Sequence record: SRR2962707_813
Strand: one strand, 5' to 3'
Length of the DNA: 20,000 bases
The translations under genes were made by a program, and so were the position numbers. Of this stretch, positions 1 through 9,073 are shown in pieces (positions within the stretch are counted from its first letter, which is position 1; every line of letters begins with the position of its first letter). The notes under the pieces are model-generated. The model was given only the letters and a program-made list of their open reading frames with translations. It did not search any database and was not told where the DNA came from.

Positions 1-475
1 TTGCATCAATGTCAAAACTTGGTGCTGTGCTTAGCAATTCGGACGTGGTGGTGCGCTGGAGCGAACGCAGGTGATAAGCAGACTCCTCTGAGATAATCCC
101 TAAAGCTTCTTCTATTTCCAAAAGCGGAACTTTTAACTCTTCTGTATCTGGAGCCTGGTGGAGCCTGGCCAAATCCATGCCTATTTCTACCACGCTCTTT
201 TTCTCTTTCTCCGATATCCGGTCGCTTGACTCACGTATGGTTTTCAGCCAGGATTTTAGTTCGTTTGGGGTGGGCGGATCTTTGGGATCAAGGAATGAAA
301 GCAGGAATGCCCGTTCGTCAGCTTTCAATGTATGCTGTTTTTCTATGATGGACTGAAGACTCGTCACTTCACCGGGTGTGAGCACCGCATCCGCCCAGGC
401 CATGTAAAACATAGGAAGAAAGCTATACAGAGCTGGATTGGCCTGCAGCACGGGTGATTGCAGCATGTTTTTCAT
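1..475 (-). CDS. Acyl-CoA oxidase/dehydrogenase family protein, N-terminal part (runs off the left edge)
   Basis: Not in the ORF track. Manual translation from ATG at 475 gives MKNMLQSPVLQANPALYSFLPMFYMAWADAVLTPGEV...LDPKDPPTPNELKSWLKTIRE...LEIEEALGIISEE...SFDIDA. It resembles the N-terminal extension of Bacteroidetes acyl-CoA oxidases (recognised from memory); catalytic domains lie outside the window. Confidence 0.7.
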   Translation of the reverse strand, partial: MKNMLQSPVLQANPALYSFLPMFYMAWADAVLTPGEVTSLQSIIEKQHTLKADERAFLLSFLDPKDPPTPNELKSWLKTIRESSDRISEKEKKSVVEIGMDLARLHQAPDTEELKVPLLEIEEALGIISEESAYHLRSLQRTTTSELLSTAPSFDIDA

Positions 476-655
476 ATAATAGGTGTTTAGGAAAAGATAA
501 CCAAAACGGGTCGTTTACCAGCCATGGGGTTCTTGCCTTTTTTTGATTTTTTTGGAGTCCTCCAAAGACCAACAAAATCCTATGCTTACGTGATTTATTT
601 ACCGAGACAGGTTCCCGAATAATGATAAGCGAAGGTTATTGATCAATCAGAGATA

Positions 656-735
656 TGATTGAAATCATGCAGTAGATGCCTTGTTAAAGGCCAAATCTGT
701 TTGATGATAGTCATTAGACACCCTGACTTCTGTCA
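656..735. promoter_or_regulatory. Three Crp/Fnr-like palindromes (TGAY-N4-RTCA) upstream of mlaE
   Basis: TGATTGAAATCA 656-667, TGATGATAGTCA 702-713, TGACTTCTGTCA 724-735. Confidence 0.5.
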
Positions 736-770
736 AGAAACAGGAGAGCTTCATCTTTTAATTTCACAAT

Positions 771-1547
771 GTGGAATCTCGAAGTATGTCCAGGATTTAT
801 AAGTTTCTAGCAGAGACGACAGACGTTAGTCGGTTTGCTATACGCTTTTTTAAAGATGGACTAAAGCCACCGTTTGAAACTGAGGAAATCATCAAGCAAT
901 CATTTGCTATTGGCTATAAATCCTTGCCCTTGGTAGGGATTACCTCCTTTATTATGGGGTTGGTTTTGACTATTCAGTCTCGTCCAACGCTGGTTGAATT
1001 TGGTGCTCAATCTTGGCTACCCAGTATGGTGGCTATTTCTATCATCCGAGAAATAGGGCCGGTGATAACCGCCCTGATTTGCGCTGGAAAAATTGGTTCT
1101 AGTATCGGGGCAGAATTAGGCTCCATGAAGGTAACCGAACAAATAGATGCCATGGAGGTCTCTGGCACCAATCCATTCAAATTCCTTGTCGCTACAAGGA
1201 TTATAGCTACCACATTGATGCTGCCGCTATTGGTTATCCTGTCAGATGCTATAGGGATATTCGGATCATACTTGGCTGTTAATATCAAGGACACAGTGAG
1301 CTTTACTTTATTCTTCAATCAGGTATTCGATTCGCTTTCATTTAGTGACGTTATCCCTGCCATCATTAAAACCTTCTTTTTTGGTTTTGCAATAGGGCTC
1401 ATTGGTTGTTATAAAGGGTACCATTCTGAAAAAGGAACGCAGGGTGTAGGACGATCCGCCAATTCAGCCGTTGTTGTAGCTTCATTGCTGGTTTTTGTTC
1501 TTGATTTGATTGCCGTTCAAATAGCAGACTTATTTTATGAATTATAA
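771..1547 (+). CDS. mlaE: MlaE-family ABC transporter permease
   Basis: Motifs REIGPVITALICAGKIGSSIGAELGSMKVTEQIDAMEV and GTQGVGRSANSAVV; multiple TM helices. Start may be ATG 786. Confidence 0.93.
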   Translation: MESRSMSRIYKFLAETTDVSRFAIRFFKDGLKPPFETEEIIKQSFAIGYKSLPLVGITSFIMGLVLTIQSRPTLVEFGAQSWLPSMVAISIIREIGPVITALICAGKIGSSIGAELGSMKVTEQIDAMEVSGTNPFKFLVATRIIATTLMLPLLVILSDAIGIFGSYLAVNIKDTVSFTLFFNQVFDSLSFSDVIPAIIKTFFFGFAIGLIGCYKGYHSEKGTQGVGRSANSAVVVASLLVFVLDLIAVQIADLFYEL

Positions 1548-2322
1548 GGAAGCCGATATTGAAACTGCAACTCAGGAAAATGCTGATGCATGGCAAGTTC
1601 CGTCTGTTGAGATCATTGATCTAAAGAAATCATTCGGCAATAATCATGTGCTGAAAGGATTTAACCTTTCCATTAAACAAGGTGAAAATGTAGCGGTCCT
1701 TGGCAAATCCGGAAGTGGCAAATCCGTACTTATCAAATGCATTGTCGGTTTGATTAAACCTGATTCGGGTCAAATCAAGGTGTTTGGCAGAGATGTGGTC
1801 AACCTTGATCGGCAGGAACTGGACGAGGTGAGAAGCAAGATTGGATTTCTTTTCCAAAGCAATGCATTGTATGATTCGCTGACTGTGAGAGAAAACCTTG
1901 AATTCCCTATGCGGCGGTTGAGAATAAAAAAAACCAAAGAGCAGGTTGATGAAATGGTTCATGAAGCGCTGGAGAGTGTGGGATTGCCCGATGTACAGGA
2001 ACTCATGCCTGCATCACTATCAGGAGGTATGAAAAAAAGAATTGGTGTTGCACGTACACTCATTCTACAGCCAAACATCATATTGTATGATGAGCCAACC
2101 TCGGGTTTGGATCCTATTACAAGTAGGGAAATAGCCAATTTGATGAATGAGGTTCATCGGAAGTACAAGACGTCTTCCATTATTATTTCGCACGATATGA
2201 AATGCATAAAACGCACGGCTCAGCGAATTGTGATATTGAACAATGGAATTGATTACCTGCAAGGAAGCTATGAGGAATTAAAAAACTCCCAGGATGAGAT
2301 TGTAAATTCATTCTTTTTATAG
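1537..2322 (+). CDS. mlaF: MlaF/Mkl-family ABC transporter ATP-binding protein
   Basis: Walker A GKSGSGKS, FQSNALYDSLTVREN, LSGGMKKR signature, Walker B ILYDEPTSGLDP; overlaps mlaE. Confidence 0.93.
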   Translation: MNYKEADIETATQENADAWQVPSVEIIDLKKSFGNNHVLKGFNLSIKQGENVAVLGKSGSGKSVLIKCIVGLIKPDSGQIKVFGRDVVNLDRQELDEVRSKIGFLFQSNALYDSLTVRENLEFPMRRLRIKKTKEQVDEMVHEALESVGLPDVQELMPASLSGGMKKRIGVARTLILQPNIILYDEPTSGLDPITSREIANLMNEVHRKYKTSSIIISHDMKCIKRTAQRIVILNNGIDYLQGSYEELKNSQDEIVNSFFL

Positions 2323-2324
2323 AT

Positions 2325-3293
2325 ATGGAAAATTTTAAAAATATTAGACTTGGTTTATTCGTGATTATCGGGACATTGTTCCTTGTAATGGCACTGTATT
2401 TCATTGGAAATAATCAGAACCTATTTGGTTCCAGGTTTACCGTCCATGCAGTTTTCAAAAATGTCAGCGGACTTCAGAAGGGAAACAATGTACGCTTTTC
2501 AGGGATCAATGTGGGTACGGTTCGGGACATAGAAATGATCAATGACACTTCCGTATTGGTGAGTTTCATTCTAAAAGAAGAAATGAATCAATTCATACGG
2601 CGAGATGCTATTGCATCACTAGGAACGGATGGGCTTCTGGGGAACCGGATAATAAATGTTATCCCGGGGGACGGCAGTGATCGGCTTATAAATGATGGTG
2701 ACACGTTGAAGGTGTATCATGGAATTGATGAGGATGAAATGTTCAGCCTGCTGGAGCGTACAAACTACAATGTAGCTGTAATTACGAATAATCTAGTAGA
2801 TATTTTGAAGGACGTTAAGGATGGGAAAGGGGCAGTGGGTCGTCTGATTTCTGATTCCACGTTGGCTAATGACATCAATGAAACCATTAGTAATCTCAAT
2901 GCATCAAGTAAGCGAGCCGTTGAAATACTAGATGAGCTGGATAAGAATATTGCTAATGTGAGCGAAGGTAAGGGTACGGTAGGCATGCTCCTGAATGACA
3001 CAACACTTGCCAACAACATAAACAGGATATTTGAGGAAATTCATGCAAGTACAAGCAATGTTGAGGAAATATCCCGGGATATCAGGGAGTTAGTCACTCA
3101 AATTCAAAGTGGCTCAGGCCTGACCGGAAGTGTTATCAGCGATTCTACCATGGTAAATAGCCTGGAGGAAAGCCTGGAAAATATCAGACAAGGCACAGAA
3201 TCATTCAACCAAAACATGGAAGCTATGAAGCATCACTTCCTGTTTAGAGGGTATTTCAAAAATCTCGAGAAAGAAGAGAAAAAGAAAGACTAG
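2325..3293 (+). CDS. mlaD: MlaD/MCE-family substrate-binding protein with C-terminal helical repeats
   Basis: N-terminal TM anchor, MCE motif VSGLQKGNNVRFSGINVGTV, GLLGNRII, repeated GKG(A/T)VGxLxxDxxL helical units. Confidence 0.9.
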   Translation: MENFKNIRLGLFVIIGTLFLVMALYFIGNNQNLFGSRFTVHAVFKNVSGLQKGNNVRFSGINVGTVRDIEMINDTSVLVSFILKEEMNQFIRRDAIASLGTDGLLGNRIINVIPGDGSDRLINDGDTLKVYHGIDEDEMFSLLERTNYNVAVITNNLVDILKDVKDGKGAVGRLISDSTLANDINETISNLNASSKRAVEILDELDKNIANVSEGKGTVGMLLNDTTLANNINRIFEEIHASTSNVEEISRDIRELVTQIQSGSGLTGSVISDSTMVNSLEESLENIRQGTESFNQNMEAMKHHFLFRGYFKNLEKEEKKKD

Positions 3294-3628
3294 CCCGATA
3301 GAGTAACACGCCAGAGCACCAGAACCAATCCGATCAAAAAGATGGAAGTGAAAATAAGCTTATTATGACGGGCAAGCCAGAGCGGTAAGTAGATATCAAA
3401 GTTTTCTTTTTCTGAATCTGAATATTTTCTTGCCAGAACAGTAAGGGGGCAAAACATTTTGAAGACTAAGAGAACCAGCCCTTCTCCCAGAATTGCAGCT
3501 ATACCTATCCAGGTAAGTGTATTGACCCTATTCATAAAGCCACTGTAAACCACATAGAAGATCACAGTGACAAAGAAGAGCCATATGATGGAGTGAACAA
3601 CTTTGATGATTTGTAATTTCTTGTTCAT
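3290..3628 (-). CDS. Small integral membrane protein (about 3 TM), hypothetical
   Basis: 112 aa, hydrophobic segments, CPLT motif, convergent with mlaD (4-bp overlap). Confidence 0.75.
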   Translation of the reverse strand: MNKKLQIIKVVHSIIWLFFVTVIFYVVYSGFMNRVNTLTWIGIAAILGEGLVLLVFKMFCPLTVLARKYSDSEKENFDIYLPLWLARHNKLIFTSIFLIGLVLVLWRVTLSG

Positions 3629-3774
3629 CGGATCCAGCTGTAATTGTTACACTGTTTTTCGCTACTGATGTGCTTAATTTCATTCCATACCAGTTGCTCA
3701 ATCTCTTCCGGAATGACTGTTTAAAATTCATAAAATTCAAACCGTATTGGAAGGTGAATTATCAGCTATTTATG

Positions 3775-3817
3775 TGACAGAAGTCATTTGATTCAGACGT
3801 TACACAGGGTAGGTTTG
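3775..3817 (+). promoter_or_regulatory. Bacteroidetes housekeeping-sigma promoter with adjacent Crp/Fnr-like box
   Basis: -33 TTTG (3787-3790), 19-bp spacer, -7 TAGGTTTG (3810-3817, matches TAnnTTTG). TGACAGAAGTCA (3775-3786) abuts the -33 element. Confidence 0.65.
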
Positions 3818-3882
3818 ATACTAGCTAAATGTAGATAAAAAGCTGTAAATAATTGGTTTTGGGAGTCATAAAAATAGGCATC

Positions 3883-4509
3883 ATGAAAACGGAACTCACA
3901 CTAAAGGAAAAAGGGGCAAAGAAGCTTGAGGAATGGAAGCAATTTGTCCACGAGTTAAACGATCAGTTGCATCATGAAGTATCGGATGCAAAAGAGGAAT
4001 TTGAACGGCAGAAGAAGAAACTTCGAACCTGGCTTGATTCATTGGAAGAAGATTTGGATCACGCCGTTGATATCAGCAAAGAGAAAGCGAAGGGTCTTAA
4101 GACATCCATCGAAGAATTGCGAGTGCAGGCAGCCTTGGGTCGGGCGGAAGCTGAAGACCTCATGCACGATCAGCAGAAGAAACTCGTCAAAGGGCTGCAC
4201 GATCTGAAACATAAAATTCATACGCTCTACGATTCTTCAAAAGAAGATGTTCAAACCTTTAAAGAAAAGGTGGCGGACAAAGTAGATGATTTTCATACCC
4301 GCTTTGACCTGTTTCGTTTGCAATGGCATTTGGGCATGACAGAGGCGAGGCAAGAATGGCAGGAGAAGAAGAAAGAACTGTCGCATCGCCTGCATGAAGT
4401 AAATACCAAACTGGATCACCTGGAAGAAGAAGCAGCTGATAAATGGACCGGTTTTTCATCTGAAATGTCTGAAGCATGGGATCATTTCAAGAAAGCATTT
4501 AAAAGCTAA
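3883..4509 (+). CDS. Hypothetical charged all-helical protein with three internal repeats
   Basis: ORF 3853-4509; ATG 3883 preferred. E/K-rich, with a repeated Q-x-x-LG-x-x-EA...KKxL unit. Confidence 0.8.
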   Translation: MKTELTLKEKGAKKLEEWKQFVHELNDQLHHEVSDAKEEFERQKKKLRTWLDSLEEDLDHAVDISKEKAKGLKTSIEELRVQAALGRAEAEDLMHDQQKKLVKGLHDLKHKIHTLYDSSKEDVQTFKEKVADKVDDFHTRFDLFRLQWHLGMTEARQEWQEKKKELSHRLHEVNTKLDHLEEEAADKWTGFSSEMSEAWDHFKKAFKS

Positions 4510-4514
4510 ACGGG

Positions 4515-4913
4515 ATGACTATCATGGAATACTATTTCAATAAAACCGTCTCTGGAACTTTTGAGGATGTAATACAAACAGTCAAAGAGCTTCTGATGGA
4601 TGAGCGTTTCGGTGTATTGACCGAAATAGATGTAGATCAGGTTTTTAAGAAAAAGCTGGATGTAGATTTTCCAAGGTATAAGATTCTGGGAGCATGCAAT
4701 CCTCAATTTGCCTATAAAGCATTGCAAAATGAAAACAAGATAGGGACCATGCTGCCCTGCAATGTAATCGTGCGCGAAACAGAAGATCGGAAAGTGGAAG
4801 TAGCGGCCGTTGATCCGGTCGCCTCTATGATGGCAGTAGACAATCCAGCTCTGGCTGATATAGCAGAGGAAATAAGAAACAGGCTCTCATGGGTGGTACA
4901 AAACGTTAATTAA
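4515..4913 (+). CDS. DUF302 domain protein
   Basis: FGVLTEIDV...YKILGACNPQFAYKAL...IGTMLPCNVIV...VAAVDP is typical of DUF302. Confidence 0.9.
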   Translation: MTIMEYYFNKTVSGTFEDVIQTVKELLMDERFGVLTEIDVDQVFKKKLDVDFPRYKILGACNPQFAYKALQNENKIGTMLPCNVIVRETEDRKVEVAAVDPVASMMAVDNPALADIAEEIRNRLSWVVQNVN

Positions 4914-4938
4914 TGAACAAACGCTAAAACTCAGGAAA

Positions 4939-5439
4939 ATGAAAAAGATTGCAAGTTTGAAAGACCTAATGATGGAACAGCTTCGAGACCTCTATCATAG
5001 CGAAAATGAGCTCGATGATTTACTTAAAAAAATGATAGAAAGTGCTTCCGAACCTCGATTACGAAAAATATTCGAAGATTATCTATTTGAAAACAAGGAA
5101 CAGGTGATGAGACTTAGACAGTCATTTGAGCCGTTGTTTGAGCAGAAGAGAGGAGAAATGTGTGACGCGATGTTAGCCATGACAAAGGAAGCAAGGGACC
5201 TTATAAATCGAAGTGCGGATGAATATGTAAGAGACGCGGGTCTGATCACTGCACTTCAGCACATCATACACTACCAGATTGCAGGGTATGGGGCTGTTTG
5301 CACGTATGCGCAGATGTTGAATTTTGATAATGTAGCCTCTATTATTCACAAAAACCTGGAAGTGGAAAAGCATACCGACCGAGAGTTGGCCATGTTGGCC
5401 GAAGACGTGATTAATGAACGTGCGATAAAAATGGTGTAA
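4939..5439 (+). CDS. YciE/YciF (DUF892) ferritin-like protein
   Basis: LKDLMMEQLRDLYHSE, VRDAGLITALQHIIHYQIAGYG, LEVEKHTDRELAMLAE...INERA. Confidence 0.85.
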   Translation: MKKIASLKDLMMEQLRDLYHSENELDDLLKKMIESASEPRLRKIFEDYLFENKEQVMRLRQSFEPLFEQKRGEMCDAMLAMTKEARDLINRSADEYVRDAGLITALQHIIHYQIAGYGAVCTYAQMLNFDNVASIIHKNLEVEKHTDRELAMLAEDVINERAIKMV

Positions 5440-5470
5440 TAATCCGTTGAATACCATTAGTACTGTTTTC

Positions 5471-5482
5471 TGATATTAATCA
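5471..5482. promoter_or_regulatory. Crp/Fnr-like palindrome TGATATTAATCA upstream of the exporter operon
   Basis: Same TGAY-N4-RTCA pattern as at 656-735 and 3775. Confidence 0.5.
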
Positions 5483-5548
5483 TATATCTATTTGATGGGC
5501 TTAAGTTTTCTTTCATCGGCAATAAGTGATCTTAGCCATATGTTTGAG

Positions 5549-6634
5549 ATGATAAAGCAAAAAGCCGCAATTCCAATTACAATCCTTTTTTTCATACAAG
5601 GATGTAACCAGTCACCCAATATGGTGACACCCGGCGTGCATGATATTACTGAGTCTGTTTATGCTTCTGTAACGATCGTGCCAGATAGCCTTTATAAAGT
5701 TTGCTCTGTCGTAAGTGGGATACTAACTGAACTGCATGTGCGTGAAGGTGATGAGGTGAGCAAAGGACAAATTCTTTTGCAAATACGTAATGAAAGTCCG
5801 GAGCTGAATGCTGAAAATGCCCGATTGATACTTGAGTTAGCGCAGAAAAATCTTGCCGGGTCGGGATCTATTCTAAAAACACTTCAAAATAAAATGGCAA
5901 CTGCCAATCTGACCTACCAGCAAGATTCTGTGGACTACTTGCGGCAAAGCAGATTGTGGGAGCAAAATATCGGTACTCAGCGCGAATATGAGCTCCGGAA
6001 GATGGCCTTTGAAAGGTCTGCAGAAAATCTGCAGTCGCTACGCAAAGAATTTAGCAGAACCAAAGCTGAGCTGACCACTGCATTCAACACTGCCAGAAAT
6101 AATTATCAAAGTGCCAAACTTGGGAGTGAGGACTATTCGGTTAAAAGCAGCATGAATGGGAAAGTGTACGACCTATTCAAAGAACCGGGCGAATTGATCA
6201 GTCCGCAAGAGCCTATTGCCACCATCGGAAGGAGTGGCTCCTTCACTGTAAACCTGCTGGTAGATGAAGTGGATATCATCAAGATTCGTATCAATCAACG
6301 GGTCATTGTGAACCTCGATGCATTTGAAGGTGAGGTGTTTGAGGCGAGAGTCACACGCATCTTACCACAGAAAGACAGCCGCACACAAACATTTACGATA
6401 GAAGCCGAATTCACAGATCCTCCGGACCCTTTGTATTCCGGATTATCAGGTGAAGCGAATATCATCATCAATCAAAAGAAGGATGTCCTGGTGATTCCAA
6501 GGAGCTACCTGATGGAAAATGATCGGGTGAATACCAGTGATGGAGTGGTACAGGTAGAAGTTGGATTAATGAACATGGAGTATGTAGAAATTATCTCAGG
6601 GTTGGATTCCACCACTCACCTTTTAATGCCTTAA
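5549..6634 (+). CDS. Efflux periplasmic adaptor (membrane fusion protein), probable lipoprotein
   Basis: Lipobox-like FFIQGC after likely start MIKQK (5549; ORF track starts at 5492). Lipoyl halves VREGDEVSKGQILL and VKSSMNGKVY...GELISP, coiled coil, VDEVDI, LYSGLSGEANIII. Confidence 0.88.
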   Translation: MIKQKAAIPITILFFIQGCNQSPNMVTPGVHDITESVYASVTIVPDSLYKVCSVVSGILTELHVREGDEVSKGQILLQIRNESPELNAENARLILELAQKNLAGSGSILKTLQNKMATANLTYQQDSVDYLRQSRLWEQNIGTQREYELRKMAFERSAENLQSLRKEFSRTKAELTTAFNTARNNYQSAKLGSEDYSVKSSMNGKVYDLFKEPGELISPQEPIATIGRSGSFTVNLLVDEVDIIKIRINQRVIVNLDAFEGEVFEARVTRILPQKDSRTQTFTIEAEFTDPPDPLYSGLSGEANIIINQKKDVLVIPRSYLMENDRVNTSDGVVQVEVGLMNMEYVEIISGLDSTTHLLMP

Positions 6635-6637
6635 CCG

Positions 6638-7897
6638 ATGAATTGGGGAATCCTGTTGACCATATCAAAAACCCATTTGCTGGCCCGCATTAAACAATCA
6701 GGCATTGCAGCACTCGGGGTGACATTTGGTATTGGTACGTTCATTATCCTGGTCAGCTTCATGACAGGCCTGAATAACTTGTTGGATGGACTCATATTAA
6801 ACCGGACACCTCATGTACATATTTATAATGAAGTTCAGCCAAGTAAGAAACAACCCATCGACTACCTAACACAGGTGGAGGGTCACATAAATATTATTCA
6901 TTCCATTAAACCCAAACTTAGTCAGGAAAGAATACACAATGCACTTCCGCTAATGAGTCATCTAAGGAAGGATCCAAGGGTGAAAGGCATAACACCACTG
7001 GTTCGGGCACAGGCTTTTTATTCCGCAGGATCATTGCAAATAAATGGATTGTTAAATGGCATTGATGTTTTAGAAGAAGCACGGCTGTTTTTACTGGAGG
7101 ATTATCTATTTGAAGGGGATGCAAAATCTTTAAAACGTACCTCCAACGGCATTTTAATGGGAGTAGGGGTGGCTGATAAGCTTTCACTCAAAGTGGGAGA
7201 TAATGTGCAAATCATCTCCAGTAAAGGCGACCTGTTCCAACTCAAAATCGTGGGTTTTTACCAAAGTGGCCTTGCCGAAATAGACAATATGCAGAGCTAT
7301 GTAAACCTGGCTACCGCTCAACAGATATTGGGGGAGGGACAAAACTACATCACCGATATAAACATAAAACTATATGATATAAAAGAGGCAGTTCCGATGG
7401 CTAAGCAAATCGAACGGAAATTCAAGCTTAGAGCGGTAGATATCAATGAAGCCAACGCCCAATTTGAAACCGGAACTTCCATTCGAAACATCATCACCTA
7501 TGCGGTATCGATTACCCTGCTGATTGTAGCCGGGTTTGGGATTTACAACATCCTAAATATGCTTATTTATGAGAAAATGAATGACATAGCCATACTAAAA
7601 GCAACTGGGTTCTCGGGACGGGATGTCAAGTATATCTTCATCTCTCAGGCACTACTCATTGGCTTAGCGGGAGGTCTGCTGGGCTTGCTGTTTGGATACG
7701 GCATCTCTGTGCTTATTGATCACACTCCGTTTGAAACAGAGGTGCTCCCCACCATCAAAACCTTCCCGGTCAATTGGAATCCACTTTACTATGTTATCGG
7801 TATTGTCTTCGCGCTCATATCTACTTTTCTGGCGGGTTATTTACCAGCACGGCGAGCAGAACATATCGATCCTGTGGAAATTATTCGTGGACAGTGA
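6638..7897 (+). CDS. ABC transporter permease, MacB/LolE/FtsX family
   Basis: N-terminal TM, large periplasmic domain, IYNILNMLIYEKMNDIAILKATGFS, YLPARRAEHIDPVEIIRG. Confidence 0.9.
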   Translation: MNWGILLTISKTHLLARIKQSGIAALGVTFGIGTFIILVSFMTGLNNLLDGLILNRTPHVHIYNEVQPSKKQPIDYLTQVEGHINIIHSIKPKLSQERIHNALPLMSHLRKDPRVKGITPLVRAQAFYSAGSLQINGLLNGIDVLEEARLFLLEDYLFEGDAKSLKRTSNGILMGVGVADKLSLKVGDNVQIISSKGDLFQLKIVGFYQSGLAEIDNMQSYVNLATAQQILGEGQNYITDINIKLYDIKEAVPMAKQIERKFKLRAVDINEANAQFETGTSIRNIITYAVSITLLIVAGFGIYNILNMLIYEKMNDIAILKATGFSGRDVKYIFISQALLIGLAGGLLGLLFGYGISVLIDHTPFETEVLPTIKTFPVNWNPLYYVIGIVFALISTFLAGYLPARRAEHIDPVEIIRGQ

Positions 7898-8580
7898 CGC
7901 AGGAAAAGCACGATATTATTCTAAAAGTTGAAAAGCTGAATAAGTACTTCAGGGATCCGGTCATATTTCATGTGTTGAAGGACGTGTCATTGGAGATAAA
8001 ACGGGGAGAGTTTGTGTCCATCATGGGCAAGTCTGGTTGTGGAAAGTCAACGCTGTTATACATCTTATCTACTATGGATACAGACTATGAAGGCAATCTG
8101 TACCTAAACGACCGCCTATTAAATGGACAGTCAGGGGATGAACTGGCGCGTATAAGAAATGAACACATCGGATTTATTTTCCAATTTCACTACCTGCTTC
8201 CGGAGTTTACCGTCCTGCAAAACGTTATGCTTCCTGCATTAAAACTGGGTATAAAACCAAGGGCTGAAATAGAAGCTGATGCACTGGAAAAGCTGAAGCT
8301 ATTAGATATTGCAGATCAGGCACACAAGCTGGCTTCCCGGATCTCCGGTGGACAAAAACAACGGGTGTCCATTGCCCGGGCACTCATCAATAACCCGGAT
8401 ATCATTATGGCGGATGAGCCAACAGGAAACCTGGACAGTAAAAACTCTGATAATGTATTCCAAATTCTTCGCGACCTGAGCCACCACGCAAACCTATCTC
8501 TGCTGGTGGTGACACACGATGAGGATTTTGCAAAGCGAACAGATCGAGTCATTACCATGGAAGACGGCAGGATTGTGTGA
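7894..8580 (+). CDS. ABC transporter ATP-binding protein, LolD/MacB-type
   Basis: GKSGCGKST, IGFIFQFHYLLPEFTVLQNV, ISGGQKQR, ADEPTGNLD. GTG 7894 overlaps the permease stop (GTGA). Confidence 0.92.
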   Translation: MTQEKHDIILKVEKLNKYFRDPVIFHVLKDVSLEIKRGEFVSIMGKSGCGKSTLLYILSTMDTDYEGNLYLNDRLLNGQSGDELARIRNEHIGFIFQFHYLLPEFTVLQNVMLPALKLGIKPRAEIEADALEKLKLLDIADQAHKLASRISGGQKQRVSIARALINNPDIIMADEPTGNLDSKNSDNVFQILRDLSHHANLSLLVVTHDEDFAKRTDRVITMEDGRIV

Positions 8581-8722
8581 TGAATACGGTTGATGTTTTA
8601 ACTGTGCTGTCAGGTATTTCTACCTGATATTCAGAAGGAAGGTTTCGTTTGATTCTGACTGTATCGGGTGGAAACACCGGCTATACGGGAATGATACCTT
8701 GAAATTGAGTCATTCCATGCCT

Positions 8723-8740
8723 CGGTTTGTGTCTCACGAA
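8723..8740. repeat. Isolated degenerate half of the REP-like element
   Basis: CGGTTTGTGTCTCACGAA resembles CGGTTCGTGTCCTCACGAA at 14783; lies between convergent genes. Confidence 0.4.
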
Positions 8741-8756
8741 TTTTCCACACCCTTTT

Positions 8757-8951
8757 TTAATCCATTTTTTCCATTCCATCATTGATCTCCTTCTTAATCT
8801 CTTTGGTCGCGTCTTTAAATTCCCGGATACCTCGACCCAGGCTTCTGGCGATTTCAGGAATTTTCTTTGCTCCGAAGAATATGACGATAAACAGGGCAAT
8901 AACCATGATTTCACCGAAACCTGGCATGCCAAACCCCAATATTATTTTCAT
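8757..8951 (-). CDS. tatA: Twin-arginine translocase subunit TatA/E
   Basis: GFGEIMVIALFIVIFFGAKKIPEIARSLGRGIREFKDAT is the canonical TM plus amphipathic helix. Confidence 0.93.
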   Translation of the reverse strand: MKIILGFGMPGFGEIMVIALFIVIFFGAKKIPEIARSLGRGIREFKDATKEIKKEINDGMEKMD

Positions 8952-9073
8952 AATTAGTTACTTAAAAAAGGGAGAAAGTGTATTTGCCCATTTATTGGTT
9001 AGTAATTGGACGGAGCAATTTGAAAAAGTAACATCCTGGAGTTAGAAAATTTGAGAGAGAGTTGTGCTTTATT

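Noticed and set aside
3773-3779. TGTCACA on the minus strand as a possible ECF41 promoter
   Set aside because: No GTC-type -10 element at 16-17 bp spacing; better explained as part of the TGAC-N4-GTCA palindrome.
7774-7893. 40-aa Cys-rich N-terminal extension of the ABC ATPase
   Set aside because: It overlaps the permease in another frame; GTG 7894 coupled to the permease stop is the more plausible start.
6638-8580. Naming the permease and ATPase lolE/lolD
   Set aside because: The cotranscribed membrane-fusion adaptor points to a MacAB-like exporter rather than the Lol lipoprotein-release system.
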